Assembly (NCBI GenBank): GCA_019056805.1
Contig: DXJG01000009.1
Location: 156,015 to 188,014, forward strand
DNA length: 32,000 nt
Origin: Candidatus Baldrarchaeota archaeon
Lineage (GTDB): Archaea; Asgardarchaeota; Baldrarchaeia; Baldrarchaeales; DXJG01
Reading direction: 5' to 3'
The notes below the pieces were generated by a model. The model did no database searches, was not told the origin of the DNA, and saw only the letters and a list, made by a program, of their open reading frames with translations. Made by a program: the position numbers and the translations under genes. The stretch's first letter is position 1. Each line of letters opens with the position of its first letter. Below are positions 28,321 to 32,000 of this stretch, in pieces.

Positions 28321-28417
28321 CCCCGAAATAATAGAAACTCAAATAAGGTATAAATGTTCCTCAATATTATTACATACAAAATTACATATTTTATGCGTTC
28401 TCATTGGAGGTGTTTAA

Positions 28418-28843
28418 TTGAAAGTAAAGAAAAACGAAATTGCCGAAGTTTTAGTCATAAAATTAGAGAAGGGAGAAGACCTATTAGAAACTCTAAGCAC
28501 AGTTGTTGAAAAAGAAAATGTCGAAGCTGGGTTCTTTACTGGAATAGGTGCTTTAAACAGGGTGAAAATGGGTATATTTATCGAGGGAAAATATGAAGAG
28601 ATCGTCATAGAAGACGAGTTAGAAATAGTTAGCTTACTTGGAAATGTAAGTCTTAAAGATGGAAAGCCATTTGTACACGCTCACATCATTGTTTCGAAGA
28701 GGGATGGAAGTGCATTTGGTGGACATTTACTTCCAGGATCCATAATTTCTGTTACATGTGAAATATTTCTGATAAAACTAAAAAATGCCATTAAACGGGG
28801 ATTTGACGAAGAAATAAAACTATATCTACTTGATCTTGATTAA
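28418..28843 (+). CDS. PPC-domain (DUF296) DNA-binding protein
   Basis: KLEKGEDL, GIGAL, EIVSLLGN, HAHI...FGGHL motifs. Confidence 0.9.
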   Translation: MKVKKNEIAEVLVIKLEKGEDLLETLSTVVEKENVEAGFFTGIGALNRVKMGIFIEGKYEEIVIEDELEIVSLLGNVSLKDGKPFVHAHIIVSKRDGSAFGGHLLPGSIISVTCEIFLIKLKNAIKRGFDEEIKLYLLDLD

Positions 28844-28902
28844 TAAATATCATCCACTTACTTTTTGCTAATAAATTAAAAAATGTGAAATTTAACATTT
28901 CT

Positions 28903-29319
28903 TTAAATTTGCTTAGATAAAACGATACGTATTTCTCTATAAACGATATCTAAAATTATTTTTAGTGTGGTAAAAATTTTTTCTTTGCTTGAAATTCTGT
29001 ATAAGTACTTTTGTTGCTGTGATATCCAAGTTCTTTCAATAAATCCATGTTTAAAAAGTATTGTAAGCAACTTTTGAGTCCAACTTCTACTTTTTCCGAT
29101 CTTACTTGCGATATCCAAGACTGATAAATCGCTATGTGAAAGTATATTAAGTATTTTTATCGCTGCATCGTTCAAACCAGTTAAGGCCCAAATAATTTTC
29201 ATTTTATCTACATTGTTATCCCTTAAAATACCAAAACTTCTTTCTAAGATTTTAGAAAAACTGATCTTTAAGGGAGTATTTTTATCTAAGTCCTGCTGTT
29301 CATCTATTGACTCATACAT
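28903..29319 (-). CDS. Winged-HTH transcriptional regulator (TrmB-like)
   Basis: LSVLDIASKIGKSRSWTQKLLTILFKHGFIER...YLY wHTH pattern; divergent from the lut-like genes. Confidence 0.7.
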   Translation of the reverse strand: MYESIDEQQDLDKNTPLKISFSKILERSFGILRDNNVDKMKIIWALTGLNDAAIKILNILSHSDLSVLDIASKIGKSRSWTQKLLTILFKHGFIERTWISQQQKYLYRISSKEKIFTTLKIILDIVYREIRIVLSKQI

Positions 29320-29378
29320 CCTCTCTCCAGCCCCTGACAGCTAAAACTCCCAAGTTCACCGATAAATTGAAACAACTG

Positions 29379-29400
29379 TACATACTTATTAAGCTATGTA
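29379..29400. promoter_or_regulatory. Imperfect palindrome, candidate operator
   Basis: TACATA-CTTA-T-TAAG-C-TATGTA between the divergent regulator and the CCG/LUD operon. Confidence 0.4.
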
Positions 29401-29551
29401 AGTTTTGAATTTTTTGATAGTTGATATATAACCTAATAAATAAAGACATAGCTACCTTTATCGGCAGAAACTAAAAACAATATAAGGAGTATCAAATTCA
29501 ATAATTCATAAATATCATAGAATCGACAATTTTAAATATTTATGGAATATT

Positions 29552-30409
29552 TTGACAATCCTTAATATCATCTCCCTCAAAATGGAAATTAATAATAGCT
29601 TCTTAAGTTTTAAGCAAACTTTGGTTTCAAATACCGCATATGGGCTGGTAAAGTTGACAAAAAATAAAATAGGTTACTTTGTTGGATGTACCATCGCTAA
29701 ATTTGCAAAAAATATCTATGATGCTACAAGCAAAGTCTTTAATAACTTAAACATAGAATTCGAAGTTTTCGGTGAAAAACAATGCTGCGGAATGCCTTTA
29801 ATTATATCTGGGTATGAGGAAAAAATGAAAGAACATGCAAAAACAGTAATTAACAATATTATCGAGAAAAAAATCCCCTTAATAGTTACGTCATGTCCAG
29901 CATGTTATAGAGCTTTTTCGGAATACTATCCCAAAATTTTAAATTCAAACTTACCGTTCAAAACCTATCATTTTACACAATTTATACATAAAATTATCAA
30001 AGAAAAGAGATTGAACATCAAAAAAACACTGACAATGAAAGTCACTTACCATGATCCATGTGAATTAGGAAGATATAGCAAAATCTACGAAGAACCAAGA
30101 ACTATAATAAAATCAATACCCTCAATCAATTTAGTAGAACTAGAATTTAATAGAGAGAAATCAACTTGCTGCGGTGGAGGAGGCCTCTTAAAAGCAACAT
30201 TTCCCCAAGTTGCTGTCGAAATCGCAAAAGAAAAAATAGAAACTGAAATTATACCTCTCAATGTCAATGCTATAATTACCGCATGTCCATTCTGTTACCT
30301 GAACCTTAGAGATGGCATTAGAGAAAGAGAGGATTCTCTTGAAATCTATAACATAGAAGAAATCTTAGCATTAGCTATCGGAGGAAAAAATAATGGAAAA
30401 AATCGCTGA
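29552..30409 (+). CDS. Two-CCG-domain Fe-S oxidoreductase subunit (LutA/GlpC/HdrD-like)
   Basis: YFVGC, QCCG, SCPAC, YHDPC, CCGGGG, ACPFC motifs; true start may be ATG at about 29581. Confidence 0.85.
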   Translation: MTILNIISLKMEINNSFLSFKQTLVSNTAYGLVKLTKNKIGYFVGCTIAKFAKNIYDATSKVFNNLNIEFEVFGEKQCCGMPLIISGYEEKMKEHAKTVINNIIEKKIPLIVTSCPACYRAFSEYYPKILNSNLPFKTYHFTQFIHKIIKEKRLNIKKTLTMKVTYHDPCELGRYSKIYEEPRTIIKSIPSINLVELEFNREKSTCCGGGGLLKATFPQVAVEIAKEKIETEIIPLNVNAIITACPFCYLNLRDGIREREDSLEIYNIEEILALAIGGKNNGKNR

Positions 30410-31655
30410 AAACTGGTTCAAATATAAAGATAACCTATATGAAGCATTAGACAATGAATTCATAAGAATCGCGCTTAGAAGAGCAATAAAAGCTTTTAGA
30501 ACTAACAGAGATAAAGCGATCCAACGTTACCCTGAAGTTGAAGAAAAAAGAAAGAAATTAAAAGAAGCAAAGGAATACGCCCTTACACATCTAAATGACA
30601 TGATTAAAATGACAATAGAATCCTTTGAAGCAATGAAAGGACATGCTTATTACGCTAAAACCGTTAACGACGCACTCAAAATACTCGACGAAATTATCGG
30701 CTCAGGAAAACTAATTGTAAAATCCAAATCAATAACCTCAGAAGAACTAGACTTAAATGAACACTTAGAAAAACAAGGAAACACTATATATGAGACAGAC
30801 TTAGGCGAATTTATCATACAAAATCTAGGCAGCAAACCTATGCATATTCTTTCTCCAGCAATCCACGTTCCCAAAGAAAAAGTTGCAGAACTATTTTCAA
30901 AAATAGTTAACAAAAAATTACCCCCCAATATAGAATTACTTGTCTCTGTTGCTAGAAAATTGCTCAGAGAAAAATTCTTTAAAGCCGACATAGGAATCAG
31001 CGGTGCTAATGCTGTATCAGCCAATACAGGCTCTATCTTTGTAATAGAAAATGAGGGAAACGCCAGATTTGTCACAAATGCCCCTCCAACCTATATCGCT
31101 CTTACTGGTATCGAAAAAATAGTTCCAACACTTATGGATGGTATGCTTCTTGTAGAAGTAGTTTCACGCTACGCCAGCTACTATGCCCCCAGCTTTGTTT
31201 CAATAATTTCAGGTCCAAGTAAAACTGGCGATATAGAAAAAGTTCCAGTATATGGTGTTCACGGACCAAAAGAAGTTCATCTAATTCTACTTGATAATGG
31301 TCGTAGCGAAGTTGCCAAGGATCCCATATTTAGACAAGCACTATACTGCATACGATGTGGAGCATGTCTCTATGAATGTCCAGTTTACGCCCTAACCGCT
31401 GGTCATTACGGTTACAAATACTTTGGAGGCATCGGTGCCATTTGGACTGCTTTTATTGCCGGTGGACTTGAAAAAGCAGCTCCCATTGCATATACTTGTA
31501 CATTATGTGGAAGATGTGTTAAAGCTTGCCCCATGGAAATAGATGTACCAAAAATGATACTAAAATTAAGAACAATGTTGTCACGAAAAGGATATGTACC
31601 AAACTACGTAAAAACAATGATTCAAAACGTATTAACCACTGGTATTCCTTACTAA
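30393..31655 (+). CDS. lutB: LUD-domain plus 2x[4Fe-4S] protein (lactate utilization LutB-like)
   Basis: KSKS..SEE, ETDLGEFI, HILSPAIH, ENEGN, GPS.T.DIE..HGP motifs; CIRCGACLYECP and CTLCGRCVKACP. Confidence 0.85.
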   Translation: MEKIAENWFKYKDNLYEALDNEFIRIALRRAIKAFRTNRDKAIQRYPEVEEKRKKLKEAKEYALTHLNDMIKMTIESFEAMKGHAYYAKTVNDALKILDEIIGSGKLIVKSKSITSEELDLNEHLEKQGNTIYETDLGEFIIQNLGSKPMHILSPAIHVPKEKVAELFSKIVNKKLPPNIELLVSVARKLLREKFFKADIGISGANAVSANTGSIFVIENEGNARFVTNAPPTYIALTGIEKIVPTLMDGMLLVEVVSRYASYYAPSFVSIISGPSKTGDIEKVPVYGVHGPKEVHLILLDNGRSEVAKDPIFRQALYCIRCGACLYECPVYALTAGHYGYKYFGGIGAIWTAFIAGGLEKAAPIAYTCTLCGRCVKACPMEIDVPKMILKLRTMLSRKGYVPNYVKTMIQNVLTTGIPY

Positions 31656-31859
31656 TTGTAATTCGAAAATAAAATTGTGAAAGGGATGAGGGAGGAGGTT
31701 TGATTTCTTATATCCTCCCTCCCTCGATCATCGGAATGCGTACCTCACTTTCTCCCTCCACTTCGCATCTCTCTAAAATATAATTGAACAATCTAATTTA
31801 AGATTTTCGCAGAATATAATTAAAATATTTGCGAAGTATTGAATTGATAAAGCCCGATA

Positions 31860-32000
31860 TTAAACACCTATCAATCTAATATCTTTTTCCGAAGATACTT
31901 CTGCAATCTTAGCATTTACTGGAATAACATAATTTCTAGCTGAAAAAATACTTAATATTTCTTCATCAAAAAAGTAACGATAACCTTCGGGGAATACTTC
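31860..32000 (-). CDS. C-terminal fragment of a gene entering from beyond the window
   Basis: Open frame from 32000: EVFPEGYRYFFDEENIKYFSARNYVIPVNAKIAEVSSEKDIRLIGV-stop. Confidence 0.55.
   Translation of the reverse strand, partial: EVFPEGYRYFFDEEILSIFSARNYVIPVNAKIAEVSSEKDIRLIGV

Noticed and set aside
304-31075. Many short antisense or overlapping ORFs in the track (e.g. 304-656, 1997-2980, 4528-4864, 7495-8280, 12872-13264, 20458-22547, 24415-24678, 30085-31075)
   Set aside because: Shadow frames of strong genes on the opposite strand, with no motifs or RBS support.
1-32000. CRISPR arrays, IS elements, rRNA, integrase or att sites
   Set aside because: No regularly spaced repeats, transposase/integrase motifs or rRNA-like sequence seen; genes flanking the tRNA are housekeeping.

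Overview
AT-rich archaeal chromosomal window, most consistent with Asgard archaea. The assignment is an inference from the ubiquitin/ESCRT-I/ESCRT-II gene content, a PolB1-type polymerase and GGTGA/GGAGG ribosome-binding sites. Contents in order: partial Cys-rich Zn-finger gene, GATase-like protein, COG2403 P-loop protein, endonuclease IV, intron-containing tRNA-Arg(CCU), Hrq1/MrfA-like helicase, LeuRS and Yip1. Next come a RING-Ub-E2-E1 operon divergent from coiled-coil-Vps23-Vps28-(Vps28-CTD-like)-Vps22/36, then PDCD5, nurA-herA-mre11-rad50, two Cys-rich proteins, intein-containing PolB, a PPC-domain protein, an HTH regulator and LutA/LutB-like redox genes. The top observation is that the COG2403 gene (minus strand) is interrupted by a 22-nt insert (2936-2957) that folds into a canonical bulge-helix-bulge. 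Excision at the standard tRNA-splicing-endonuclease positions exactly restores the reading frame and the conserved N-terminal motif MGAAGRD|FHNFN. This looks like a BHB-type intron in a protein-coding mRNA other than cbf5. Other highlights are a stand-alone Vps28 C-terminal-domain paralog inside the ESCRT operon and an Rbx1/APC11-like N-terminal strand on the RING E3. All family calls come from motif recognition by eye; no searches were run.
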